64,000 nucleotides of DNA from Candidatus Coproplasma sp. (GTDB taxonomy: Bacteria; Bacillota; Clostridia; Christensenellales; Borkfalkiaceae). A program made the translations under genes and the position numbers. How positions within the stretch are numbered: position 1 is the stretch's first letter; each line of letters opens with the position of its first letter. The stretch spans positions 272 through 64,271 of the forward strand of contig JBJEVC010000003.1 of NCBI GenBank assembly GCA_051884135.1, in the 5' to 3' direction. Below the pieces are notes generated by a model. The model was not told where the DNA came from, ran no database searches, and saw only the letters and a program-made list of their open reading frames with translations. This document shows positions 55,878 through 64,000 of this stretch, piece by piece.

Positions 55878-56870
55878 ATGAAAATTTCAGTTTTAGGTTG
55901 CGGAAGATGGGGTAGCTTTATTGCTTGGTACCAGGCAACTGTATTAAAAAATCAAGTAATACTGTATGGCGAAGAGGGCAGGGAGTCCTTTGACGTTTTA
56001 AAAAGGGAAGGCAAGAACGAATACGTTGCCTTGGATAAATCCATAAATCTCGTCTCCGATTTGCAGTATGCGCTTGATAACAGCGATTATATAATAATCT
56101 CCATAAGCTCCCAAGCCTTAAGGGAATTTATGGCAAAGGTTACGAAATACCTCGTGGAGAATAAGACCTTTATTCTCTGTATGAAGGGGATTGAAGTGTC
56201 GACCGGCAAACGCTTATCGCAGGTTATGTGTGAAAGCGGAATAGCCCCCGAAAACATCGCCGTTTGGGTGGGACCCGGGCATATCCAATCCTTTGTCGCA
56301 GGCATACCCAACTGTATGATTATCGACAGTGTAAACGTGGACTTGAAGAAAGAGCTTGCGGAAAAGTTCAGCTCCAATCTCATTCGCTTTTATTACGGCG
56401 ACGATTTGATAGGTACCGAAGTAGGTGCGGCTGCAAAGAACGTCTTGGGCATTGCCGCAGGGCTTTTGGACGGAACGGGATACACCACTTTAAAGGGTCC
56501 TTTGATGGCAAGGGGCGGTTTTGAAGTTGCAAGATTGATTAAAGCTTTAGGCGGTAACACCACTTCAGCATATGGGCTTGCGCATTTGGGCGATTACGAA
56601 ACGACGCTCTTTTCGCCCTATTCCCACAACCGTGCATACGGCGAAGCGTTGGCTAAAGGCGAAAAGTTTGAAAAGCTTGCAGAAGGTGTAATGACTTCGA
56701 AGGCGATGGTGCTTTTGGGTGAGAAGCTTGGTGTGGAATTGCCCATAACCCGTGCTGTGTACGAAGTATGCTTCAACTCACACGGCTTCAATTCGGACGG
56801 ATTGTTCGACGGTATGGATATAATTTTACAGCTTTTCGACAGGAAGATTAAACCCGAATTTTACGATTAA
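55878..56870 (+). CDS. gpsA: NAD(P)H-dependent glycerol-3-phosphate dehydrogenase-like protein
   Basis: VLGCGRWGS Rossmann motif, GPGHIQSF, AAKNVLGIAAGLLDG. Confidence 0.75.
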   Translation: MKISVLGCGRWGSFIAWYQATVLKNQVILYGEEGRESFDVLKREGKNEYVALDKSINLVSDLQYALDNSDYIIISISSQALREFMAKVTKYLVENKTFILCMKGIEVSTGKRLSQVMCESGIAPENIAVWVGPGHIQSFVAGIPNCMIIDSVNVDLKKELAEKFSSNLIRFYYGDDLIGTEVGAAAKNVLGIAAGLLDGTGYTTLKGPLMARGGFEVARLIKALGGNTTSAYGLAHLGDYETTLFSPYSHNRAYGEALAKGEKFEKLAEGVMTSKAMVLLGEKLGVELPITRAVYEVCFNSHGFNSDGLFDGMDIILQLFDRKIKPEFYD

Positions 56871-56905
56871 TTACAGACAATAAACTTTATTCAAAAGGAA
56901 GATAT

Positions 56906-58738
56906 ATGTTAAGAAATGATTTAAGAAACGTAGCTATTATTGCACACGTTGACCACGGTAAAACTACGCTCGTAGACGCAATGTTAAAGCAGAGCCATAC
57001 CTTCAGGGAAAACCAGGCGGTTGAAGAGAGGGTTATGGACTCCGGCGATATAGAGAGGGAGAGAGGTATAACCATTCTCGCAAAGAACACTTCGCTCCAC
57101 TATAACGGCGTTAAAATAAACGTCGTAGACACTCCGGGTCACGCAGACTTTTCTGGTGAAGTTGAAAGAGTTATGATGATGGTTAACGGTGTTTTGGTGC
57201 TCGTGGATGCGGCTGAAGGCCCCATGCCACAGACCCGTTTCGTTATGCAAAAGGCACTTGAAATGGGGCATAGACTGATTATCGTCGTCAACAAAATCGA
57301 CCGCCCCGACGCACGTTTAAACGAAGTTCAGGACGAAATTTTAGAGCTACTTTTAGAGCTTGATGCTTCCGACGACCAGTTGGATTCCCCCGTTGTCTGG
57401 TGCTCGGGCAGGGACGGAACAGCCACTTTGGATTTAAACACACCCGGTAAGGACTTAACTCCCTTATTTGAAACGATTTTATCCCACATTCAGCCTATGG
57501 AAGTCGACGCTGACGGCGAAACGCAGCTTCTCTGCTCTTCGATCGACTATAACGAGTATGTAGGCAGAATAGGTATCGGCCGTATCGAAAGGGGTAGCGT
57601 TAAGGCAGGCTCTGCGGTTACCGTAACCAACTATAATAACCCCGATTACAAACAGCAGGGAAAGATTGTAAACCTCTATCAGATTGAAGGACTTGAAAGG
57701 GTTCCCGTAGAAGAAGCGAAAGCGGGCGACATCGTCTGCTTCAGCGGACTTGAAAAGATTAATATCGGCGATACGGTCTGCTCGCTCACCTGTCCCGAAC
57801 CCCATAAATTCGTAAAGATTACCGAGCCTACGGTTGAAATGACATTCTCTGTAAACGATTCTCCGTTTGCAGGTAAGGAGGGTAAGTTTGTAACCACACG
57901 TCACTTAAGGGACAGGCTGTTTAAGGAGCTTTTGCGTGACGTATCATTAAGAGTTGAAGAGACGGGGTCCGCCGATTCATACCGTGTCTGCGGCAGGGGC
58001 GAAATGCATCTCTCTATTCTTATCGAAGAGATGAGACGTGACGGCTATGAATTCCAGGTTTCCACGCCTAAAGTTATGTACAAGGTAATCGACGGCGTTA
58101 AGTGCGAGCCTGTAGAAAGACTTATCGTAGACGTTCCCGATGATGCGACGGGTGCCGTGTTCCAGAGTATGGGCAACCGCAAGGGCGAGCTTCTGCATAT
58201 GTCGGCAATCGGTTCCCGTACCCGTCTTGAGTTCTTAATTCCTGCAAGGGGACTTTTCGGCTACAAGTCGGAGTTCCTTACATCAACCAAGGGTGAAGGC
58301 ATTATGAGCAGCGTATTCTTCGAATACCAGCCTTATAAGGGCGATTTAAGCAGGCGTAACACGGGCTCTCTCGTTGCGTTTGAAACGGGCGAAGCGGTAA
58401 CATACGGTCTTTTCAATGCGCAGGGCAGGGGCATGCTCTTCATCGGCGCAGGCACTCCCGTTTACGAAGGTATGGTAATAGGTGAAAGCCCCAAGTCGGA
58501 CGACATCAACGTTAACGTCTGCAAGACAAAGCACTTGACTAACACCCGTTCGTCTTCTTCCGACGATGCGTTAAGGCTTATCACCCCCAAGCGTATGAGC
58601 TTGGAAGAATGTCTTGAATTCATCGCCGACGACGAGCTTTTGGAGATCACTCCCAAGAATATCCGTATCCGTAAGAGAATACTCGACAGCGAGCTTCGTG
58701 CAAAGGCAAACGCTAAACTTAAAAAGGGATTAGAGTAA
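56906..58738 (+). CDS. typA: translational GTPase TypA/BipA
   Basis: [21 protein letters not shown]. Domain order and length match BipA. Confidence 0.95.
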   Translation: MLRNDLRNVAIIAHVDHGKTTLVDAMLKQSHTFRENQAVEERVMDSGDIERERGITILAKNTSLHYNGVKINVVDTPGHADFSGEVERVMMMVNGVLVLVDAAEGPMPQTRFVMQKALEMGHRLIIVVNKIDRPDARLNEVQDEILELLLELDASDDQLDSPVVWCSGRDGTATLDLNTPGKDLTPLFETILSHIQPMEVDADGETQLLCSSIDYNEYVGRIGIGRIERGSVKAGSAVTVTNYNNPDYKQQGKIVNLYQIEGLERVPVEEAKAGDIVCFSGLEKINIGDTVCSLTCPEPHKFVKITEPTVEMTFSVNDSPFAGKEGKFVTTRHLRDRLFKELLRDVSLRVEETGSADSYRVCGRGEMHLSILIEEMRRDGYEFQVSTPKVMYKVIDGVKCEPVERLIVDVPDDATGAVFQSMGNRKGELLHMSAIGSRTRLEFLIPARGLFGYKSEFLTSTKGEGIMSSVFFEYQPYKGDLSRRNTGSLVAFETGEAVTYGLFNAQGRGMLFIGAGTPVYEGMVIGESPKSDDINVNVCKTKHLTNTRSSSSDDALRLITPKRMSLEECLEFIADDELLEITPKNIRIRKRILDSELRAKANAKLKKGLE

Positions 58739-58757
58739 TTTTTTTACAGGGGTTAAA

Positions 58758-59396
58758 ATGAGTAAACAACGTGTGTTAAACTACTATAAAGAACTCCCCG
58801 AAGGCTATAAGGAAGTGTATTGCATAGACGCAAAAAAGACTTCGGTAGGCGTAATTATGAATATAATAGGGTTTGCCATTGGTGCGATTGCAATAGTTGG
58901 CATTACTCTTGCTAAATTCAAACTCTCTCTTGATATTAAGCTTGAATTGCAAACCCTTCTTGCTCTGTTGGCATTTTGCGGTTCGACATTTGCGTATTTG
59001 GTAATTCACGAATTAACTCACGGTTTATTCTATAAAATTATGACAAAGCAACAATTGCGCTTTGGGCTTACTTTGACCGTTGCATATTGCGGATTGAAAG
59101 AAGGGTACGTCAACAAAAAGACCTGTCTTTTGTCGGTACTTGCACCCCTTGTACTACATAGCATCTGGATGATTTTACTCATTATTTTTCTGCCTGCAAA
59201 TATTTGGGTATTAGTGGTAATTGCCCTTTTCGGCGTACACTTCGGCGGTTGCGTGGGTGATATGTGGGTTGCTTTTATGCTAATTTTCCGATTAAACAAC
59301 ACCGTGCTCACCTGCGATGACGGACCCTGCCAACATTTTTACGAATACCGCCCAGACGAATTGATACAAACCGAAACACAAACCGCAGAGGAATAA
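58758..59396 (+). CDS. membrane protein with HExxH motif (DUF3267-like putative zincin)
   Basis: YLVIHELTHGLFY between TM helices. Confidence 0.65.
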   Translation: MSKQRVLNYYKELPEGYKEVYCIDAKKTSVGVIMNIIGFAIGAIAIVGITLAKFKLSLDIKLELQTLLALLAFCGSTFAYLVIHELTHGLFYKIMTKQQLRFGLTLTVAYCGLKEGYVNKKTCLLSVLAPLVLHSIWMILLIIFLPANIWVLVVIALFGVHFGGCVGDMWVAFMLIFRLNNTVLTCDDGPCQHFYEYRPDELIQTETQTAEE

Positions 59397-59399
59397 TTA

Positions 59400-59714
59400 A
59401 TGGCTACAGATTTAAGCTACGTTCAATTTGTCTGCGATTGTTTGAAAGGCGAAAGCCCGACCTATAAAAAGATGTTCGGTGAGTATATGATATATATTGA
59501 CGGCAAACCGGTACTGTTGGTTTGCGACAATACGGTCTTCGTTAAAAAATATGCCGAACTTGCAGACCTTTTGCATGATGCGGACTGCGGTTATCCCTAC
59601 GACGGTGCAAAGGAACACTATATTTTGGACGTGGAAGACGAGGAATTAACGCAAGAAGTTTTAGCAATTTTAAAGCGTGTCGCACAACTGCCCAAGCAGA
59701 GAAAGAGAAAGTAA
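59400..59714 (+). CDS. TfoX N-terminal domain family protein
   Basis: KKMFGEYMIYIDGKPVLLVCDNTVFVK pattern. Confidence 0.65.
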   Translation: MATDLSYVQFVCDCLKGESPTYKKMFGEYMIYIDGKPVLLVCDNTVFVKKYAELADLLHDADCGYPYDGAKEHYILDVEDEELTQEVLAILKRVAQLPKQRKRK

Positions 59715-60130
59715 TGAATAATTTTACCGTTAAGCACAACCAACTTACCGCTAAAGAGTTTATCGAACTCTGGCAGACTGTATGGGAAGGTTCACCAAGC
59801 CTTGAGCAAACCGAGTTTGCAATGAAAAACACGCTGTTTCGTGTGTCGGTATATGACGGCGAAAAGGTTATAGCAATGGCGAGGCTGATTGGCGATCTGG
59901 GGCTGTGCTGCTATATCAAAGACGTGGTGGTAAGACCTGAATACCAAAGCAGTGGTTTAGGTAAACTGCTCATTGAAGAGATAAAAAAATTTGTAAAATC
60001 TCAAGCATTAAAAGGCACGTCCGTCTTTATCGAAGTCTGTGCAAGGCCTGAAAAAGACGGTTTTTATAAAAAGCTCGGCTTTGAAAAAAACAACGGTCAG
60101 AGTATGATTACAATTATAAAAGCCGATTAA
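59714..60130 (+). CDS. GNAT family N-acetyltransferase
   Basis: VVVRPEYQSSGLGKLLIEE acetyl-CoA binding motif (R/Q-x-x-G-x-G/A). Confidence 0.85.
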   Translation: MNNFTVKHNQLTAKEFIELWQTVWEGSPSLEQTEFAMKNTLFRVSVYDGEKVIAMARLIGDLGLCCYIKDVVVRPEYQSSGLGKLLIEEIKKFVKSQALKGTSVFIEVCARPEKDGFYKKLGFEKNNGQSMITIIKAD

Positions 60131-60190
60131 ATGTAATTCATATTAACCATCTTCTCCGCATATGATATTAAAAAATCAAGGCGGTGGATT

Positions 60191-60445
60191 ATGGAACAGG
60201 TTGAAGGGCATACTCTCACGGTTGAAAACAGAAAAAAGGTCACGGCAACACAAATAGAGTCGGTTAATTCCTTTTCGGCGTCGCAGATAGTCTTGCAGTA
60301 TCACGGCGGGAAGATAGTAGTGGGCGGAAGCGATATGAAGATAACCGCCTTTTCCAAGACGAGCGGTCAGTTTACCGCACAGGGCAATATTGACAGCGTA
60401 AAGTATGCGCATAGCGGTTCGGGGATAAAAGGGCTGTTTAAATAA
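60191..60445 (+). CDS. yabP: sporulation protein YabP
   Basis: HTLTVENRKKVTATQIESVNSF...IVVGGSDMKITAF pattern, followed by yabQ. Confidence 0.85.
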   Translation: MEQVEGHTLTVENRKKVTATQIESVNSFSASQIVLQYHGGKIVVGGSDMKITAFSKTSGQFTAQGNIDSVKYAHSGSGIKGLFK

Positions 60446-60801
60446 TGCAGGCTTTTATTCTGTTAACCTGCATATTGTGCGGGGCGGCAAGCGGTGTATT
60501 GTACGACGTTTTGTATATAGCCCGCACGATAGTGTGCGGTGTGGATAAGCAGAAATACACTTTAAAGGATAAGATTTTTACTTTAATTTGCGATTTAATC
60601 TACTTTGCCGTTTTTGCCGCAGCGTTCATATATTTGTGCGTTTGCTTTGATTTTTATCAATTAAGGGCGTACATGCTGGTGGGTTTAGCGCTCGGAGTGC
60701 TTATTTATTTAAAAAGTTTTCATTTATGTATTGCTTTTTTGATAAAGACAGTGTATAATAAAATAACCAAAGGTATAAGGAGTAAAAGGTTCAAACGATG
60801 A
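60445..60801 (+). CDS. yabQ: spore cortex biosynthesis protein YabQ
   Basis: Small polytopic membrane protein immediately after yabP, overlapping its stop. Confidence 0.75.
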   Translation: MQAFILLTCILCGAASGVLYDVLYIARTIVCGVDKQKYTLKDKIFTLICDLIYFAVFAAAFIYLCVCFDFYQLRAYMLVGLALGVLIYLKSFHLCIAFLIKTVYNKITKGIRSKRFKR

Positions 60802-61079
60802 AAGAAGCGAAGCGCAACAAAATCATAGCGGCACTTGTCGTTAATGCTGTGTTGTTTGTCTTTATTCTTATAGCTGTTGTCATCGCCCAGATAGCTTGTA
60901 TTTGGTCCGGTACCAATACCAAAGCTGATTTACAGGCAGAGTATAATCTTTTGGTGGAAAAGAGAGATAACGCTATAGAAATTGAAGAAAGGCTTGAAGC
61001 TGACGAAGAGTTGGAACAATGGCTTCTTAAGTACGTTAATGAAAACGGTAAACTTCCCGATTGGGTGGTTAGCGAATGA
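60798..61079 (+). CDS. FtsB/DivIC-like septum formation protein
   Basis: Single TM helix plus a coiled-coil-like segment, in the position held by divIC after yabQ in other Firmicutes. Confidence 0.55.
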   Translation: MKEAKRNKIIAALVVNAVLFVFILIAVVIAQIACIWSGTNTKADLQAEYNLLVEKRDNAIEIEERLEADEELEQWLLKYVNENGKLPDWVVSE

Positions 61080-61939
61080 AAATAGGTGTAATTGATATTG
61101 GTTCTAATTCCGTCCGCCTTATGTTATGGGCGGACGGAAAAACTTTATATAAAACACTGCATACGACTCGGCTTGGCGACGGGCTCTCCTTTTCAACAAG
61201 GCTTAAAAAAGAAGCGATAGACAGGACTGTAAAAGCCGTTTGCGACTTTAAGAATAAGGCTATAGTAGACGGTGCGGAGCAAGTTTTTGCCTATGCAACC
61301 GCCGCCGTCCGCTCATCTGAAAACGGCAGTGATTTTGTGGCTGAAGTTGCGCATAGTTGCGGCATAGTAGTGGACGTATTGAGCGGAGAGCAAGAAGCGG
61401 CGGTATCCCTTGCAGGTGCTTTAGGCGTAGGCGACGGCGGTATAATCGACGTGGGCGGCGCAAGCACCGAAGTAACCGTAAGATGCGGCGGAAAGGTTAT
61501 ATATACTCACAGTGCAAACGTAGGCACTGTGCGAATACTCGATGCGGCAGGGCGTGATTTAGAGAAGATTAAAGAGTTTATAGCGGGTAAGATTTCCGAA
61601 TACGGAGATGAAAAATTTTCCGCCGTTCAATTCTATGCGGTGGGCGGAACGGCTTCCCGTTTAGGTGCGGTAAAACACGGCTTAACGGAGTATCAGCCCA
61701 AGATTATAAACGGTACTCGTCTTTCCGCAACGGAGATTCATGGCTTTGCAAAAAGGCTTACGACCCTACCCGTTGAAGAGATTAAACGTACTACGATATG
61801 TCAAAACTCTGCCGATTTAATAGGCGGCGGCGCCTGCCTTATGGCAATGGTTATGGACAAGTTCGGTATAGAAAACATAACCGTATCGGAAAGCGATAAT
61901 TTAGAAGGATACTTATCTGAAAAAATTTTAAACCAATAA
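61076..61939 (+). CDS. Ppx/GppA family phosphatase (short form)
   Basis: IGVIDIGSNSVRLML and DVGGASTE ASKHA-fold motifs. Confidence 0.85.
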   Translation: MKIGVIDIGSNSVRLMLWADGKTLYKTLHTTRLGDGLSFSTRLKKEAIDRTVKAVCDFKNKAIVDGAEQVFAYATAAVRSSENGSDFVAEVAHSCGIVVDVLSGEQEAAVSLAGALGVGDGGIIDVGGASTEVTVRCGGKVIYTHSANVGTVRILDAAGRDLEKIKEFIAGKISEYGDEKFSAVQFYAVGGTASRLGAVKHGLTEYQPKIINGTRLSATEIHGFAKRLTTLPVEEIKRTTICQNSADLIGGGACLMAMVMDKFGIENITVSESDNLEGYLSEKILNQ

Positions 61940-61976
61940 ATGCACATAGCGTTTCATTGTTTTAAGGGGATATATA

Positions 61977-62738
61977 ATGAAAAGTAAATTGGTGACTGCC
62001 ATTGCCGCAGTTCTTGCAATTTTGTTTGCTGCTGCGGGGGGATACCTGTTCTGTGTACAGCCGAATATAGAAGCGGAGTTGTACACAACGATACCCGTCT
62101 ATCTCGTTTCCTTGATTTTAGGCGTGTTTGTCGAAAACATAATTCACGAAGGCGCACACTTTTTAGTCGGTGCAATCTGCCGTATGGGAGTAAAAGTGCC
62201 TAAAATTAGGCTGTTCAGAAGCTCTTCCGTCGAAATGTGCCCCAAGGGTGTAAAGGGTATGAAAGGCCGTCTGCTTGCAACCGTTCTTGCGGGTATAACC
62301 TTCGATTTAATGCTCATAGTTCTCGGCATAATAGCATTCGTGGTGCCTTCGGTACCCGTAATAGTTGGATTTGCCGCACCGTACGCCCTGTATTCTTTTA
62401 TTATAAACGCCGTTCCTTTAGAGTACGGCGAAGGTAAGACGGACGGCTTGGTTGCCTTGGAAGTGATTAAAAAAGAACCCACCGCTCAAGTTATGTTGAA
62501 TATCTTGAAAATTCAAGGTTATATGCGTAGCGGCGTGTTTTTAAAGGATATTGACGAAGGGCTTCTGCTCGACGTGCCTCAACTCCCCGAAGATGACATA
62601 AACTTTATAATTTTAACACAGTTAAGGTACGAGTACTACCTTGCAAAGGGGGACGACAGCGAAGCGTATAAATACTTTATGCGCTATCAACAGCTCATCG
62701 ACTATCTCCCTTCAGGATATAAAAACGGTAAAAAATAA
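61977..62738 (+). CDS. membrane protein with HExxH motif (putative intramembrane/M50-like metalloprotease)
   Basis: NIIHEGAHFLVG within a TM region, with further TM helices and a soluble C-terminal domain. Confidence 0.6.
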   Translation: MKSKLVTAIAAVLAILFAAAGGYLFCVQPNIEAELYTTIPVYLVSLILGVFVENIIHEGAHFLVGAICRMGVKVPKIRLFRSSSVEMCPKGVKGMKGRLLATVLAGITFDLMLIVLGIIAFVVPSVPVIVGFAAPYALYSFIINAVPLEYGEGKTDGLVALEVIKKEPTAQVMLNILKIQGYMRSGVFLKDIDEGLLLDVPQLPEDDINFIILTQLRYEYYLAKGDDSEAYKYFMRYQQLIDYLPSGYKNGKK

Positions 62739-62740
62739 TA

Positions 62741-62780
62741 TACAAGGCTTGCGGTCAATCCGCAAGCCTTGTATTTTTTA
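62741..62780. terminator. bidirectional Rho-independent terminator
   Basis: 14-bp stem tacaaggcttgcgg / ccgcaagccttgta, T-run downstream and A-run upstream. Confidence 0.85.
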
Positions 62781-62787
62781 ATGCGAT

Positions 62788-62943
62788 TCAGCTTATGCGA
62801 AGAAGCCTCCCAAAGCAATTTGGACATGCACCTTTTTGCCTGCAATAGCAATCCCTGCAAACGTGATTTCCGCATGCTTCGCACTCAAAAATCTCACCCA
62901 GACATCCTTCAAAAAAATCAATATTCTTTCCACAATTTCTCAT
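62788..62943 (-). CDS. Cys-rich 51-aa mini-protein (putative zinc ribbon)
   Basis: MRNCGKNIDFFEGCLGEIFECEACGNHVCRDCYCRQKGACPNCFGRLLRIS has nine Cys, including three CxxC pairs. It ends 8 nt before the bidirectional terminator. No obvious SD sequence. Confidence 0.45.
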   Translation of the reverse strand: MRNCGKNIDFFEGCLGEIFECEACGNHVCRDCYCRQKGACPNCFGRLLRIS

Positions 62944-63066
62944 AAAAACAGTATGAAAAAAAAGGCGATTTTTATGCTTATTATTTGTGCTAATATTGAT
63001 TCAAATAATTGCCTTATTTCTAATAATATGGTATAATATATAAAAGATTTTTGGCGAGGTGAAGTT

Positions 63067-64000
63067 ATGCCCGAAAAAGTACATTGCGATTACGATGCGA
63101 ACAGCCTTAAGGCGTTAAAGGGGTTGGAACCTGTAAGGGAACACCCCGGTATGTATATCGGACCGACTGATGAAAAGGGCTTGCATACACTCGTTCGTGA
63201 AGTTATCGATAACTCCATTGACGAAGCTTTAGCAGGCTATTGCGATAAAATTGACGTGATTATCTCCAAGGAGGGCTTCTGCACCGTTTCAGACAACGGC
63301 AGAGGTATTCCTACGGGTATAAACGAAGAAGAGGGTATTTCGGGCGTAGAGCTTGCGTTAACCAACTTAAACGCAGGCGGTAAGTTCGGCGGCGGCAACA
63401 AGGCAGGCGGATATAAGATTTCTTCGGGTTTGCACGGCGTAGGCGTTTCCTGCGTTAACGCACTCTCCGACACGCTCATTGCCGAAGTATGCCAAAGGGG
63501 GCACAAGTTCCGTCAGGTATATCACTGCGGCGTCCCCGAAGAGCCTTTGAAGATTATTGAAGATACCGAAGTTACGGGTACTTCAATCTGTTTCCACCCC
63601 GACCCTACTATGTTTGAAACGGTTGAGTTTAACTACGACACGTTAAAAACACTTTTAAGAGAGCTTTCCTACCTTAATAAGGGACTCACGCTTACCCTTA
63701 CCGACTATAGGGGCGAAAACGTAAGAAGCGATACGTTCTGCTACGAAGGCGGTGTAGTTCACTTTATTTCGGACATCAATGAAGGCAAAAACGTTCTGTT
63801 TGCCGCTCCCGTTTATTTTGAAGCGAGCGAAGGCGACGACAGGTTCTTGGAAGTTGCCATTCAGTATAACGACAGCTATATTGAGCAGATTTTCCCCTTC
63901 TCAAACAACATTCGCCAGCCTGACGGCGGCACCCACCTTGACGGCTTTAAAGCTGCTTTAACCAAGGTTATAAACGACGCAGGTCACAGGCTTAACGTGT
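63067..64000 (+). CDS. type IIA topoisomerase ATPase subunit (GyrB or ParE), N-terminal part, runs off the window
   Basis: GAGGTG RBS. GLEPVREHPGMYIG, EVIDNSIDEA, DNGRGIP, GLHGVGVSCVNALS GHKL motifs. Confidence 0.9.
   Translation, partial: MPEKVHCDYDANSLKALKGLEPVREHPGMYIGPTDEKGLHTLVREVIDNSIDEALAGYCDKIDVIISKEGFCTVSDNGRGIPTGINEEEGISGVELALTNLNAGGKFGGGNKAGGYKISSGLHGVGVSCVNALSDTLIAEVCQRGHKFRQVYHCGVPEEPLKIIEDTEVTGTSICFHPDPTMFETVEFNYDTLKTLLRELSYLNKGLTLTLTDYRGENVRSDTFCYEGGVVHFISDINEGKNVLFAAPVYFEASEGDDRFLEVAIQYNDSYIEQIFPFSNNIRQPDGGTHLDGFKAALTKVINDAGHRLNV

Overview
This 64 kb window looks like chromosome from an endospore-forming Clostridia-class Firmicute. That placement rests on sigK, spoIIAA-spoIIAB-sigF, cwlD, sigH and yabP-yabQ, and on gene order. 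All calls come from motif recognition and synteny read by eye; no homology search or folding program was run. Most of the window is conserved housekeeping sequence: tyrS; ruvCAB-queA-tgt-yajC; a SCIFF peptide with its radical SAM maturase nested ahead of divergent secD/secF; recJ-relA; rpsO-pnp; mrnC-rlmB-sigH; dnaX-ybaB-recR; typA; and a partial gyrB/parE at the 3' edge. Six tRNA genes lie on the minus strand. The csoR-copA copper operon has two palindromic operators. There is one decayed IS200/IS605 copy. The stand-out region is 4.4-12.0 kb. Two convergent gene arms there encode an ABC exporter plus an uncharacterised-type nucleotidyltransferase on one side. The other arm encodes an HPr-kinase-like P-loop protein, a PqqD/RRE-like protein and an S24 Ser-Lys peptidase. 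The arms bracket an unannotated-size 49-aa peptide gene whose N-terminus resembles an RRE-recognised lasso-type leader. The peptide gene has its own strong promoter and a terminator-like leader hairpin. No lasso cyclase, B2 protease, radical SAM or other class-defining RiPP enzyme is present. I read this as a candidate undescribed RiPP-like (phospho/nucleotidyl-tailoring) system. Other observations are listed below:
- Short duplications of tRNA 3' ends flank a conserved hairpin motif at two loci.
- A MITE/REP-like GTCATTGCGA...GGCAATC repeat family occurs in several copies.
- The cdaR gene is reduced to its transmembrane helix.
- An amber codon truncates IS200 tnpA.
- The ComEC C-terminus contains no histidine.
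- A Cys-rich 51-aa mini-ORF lies between a bidirectional terminator and gyrB/parE.
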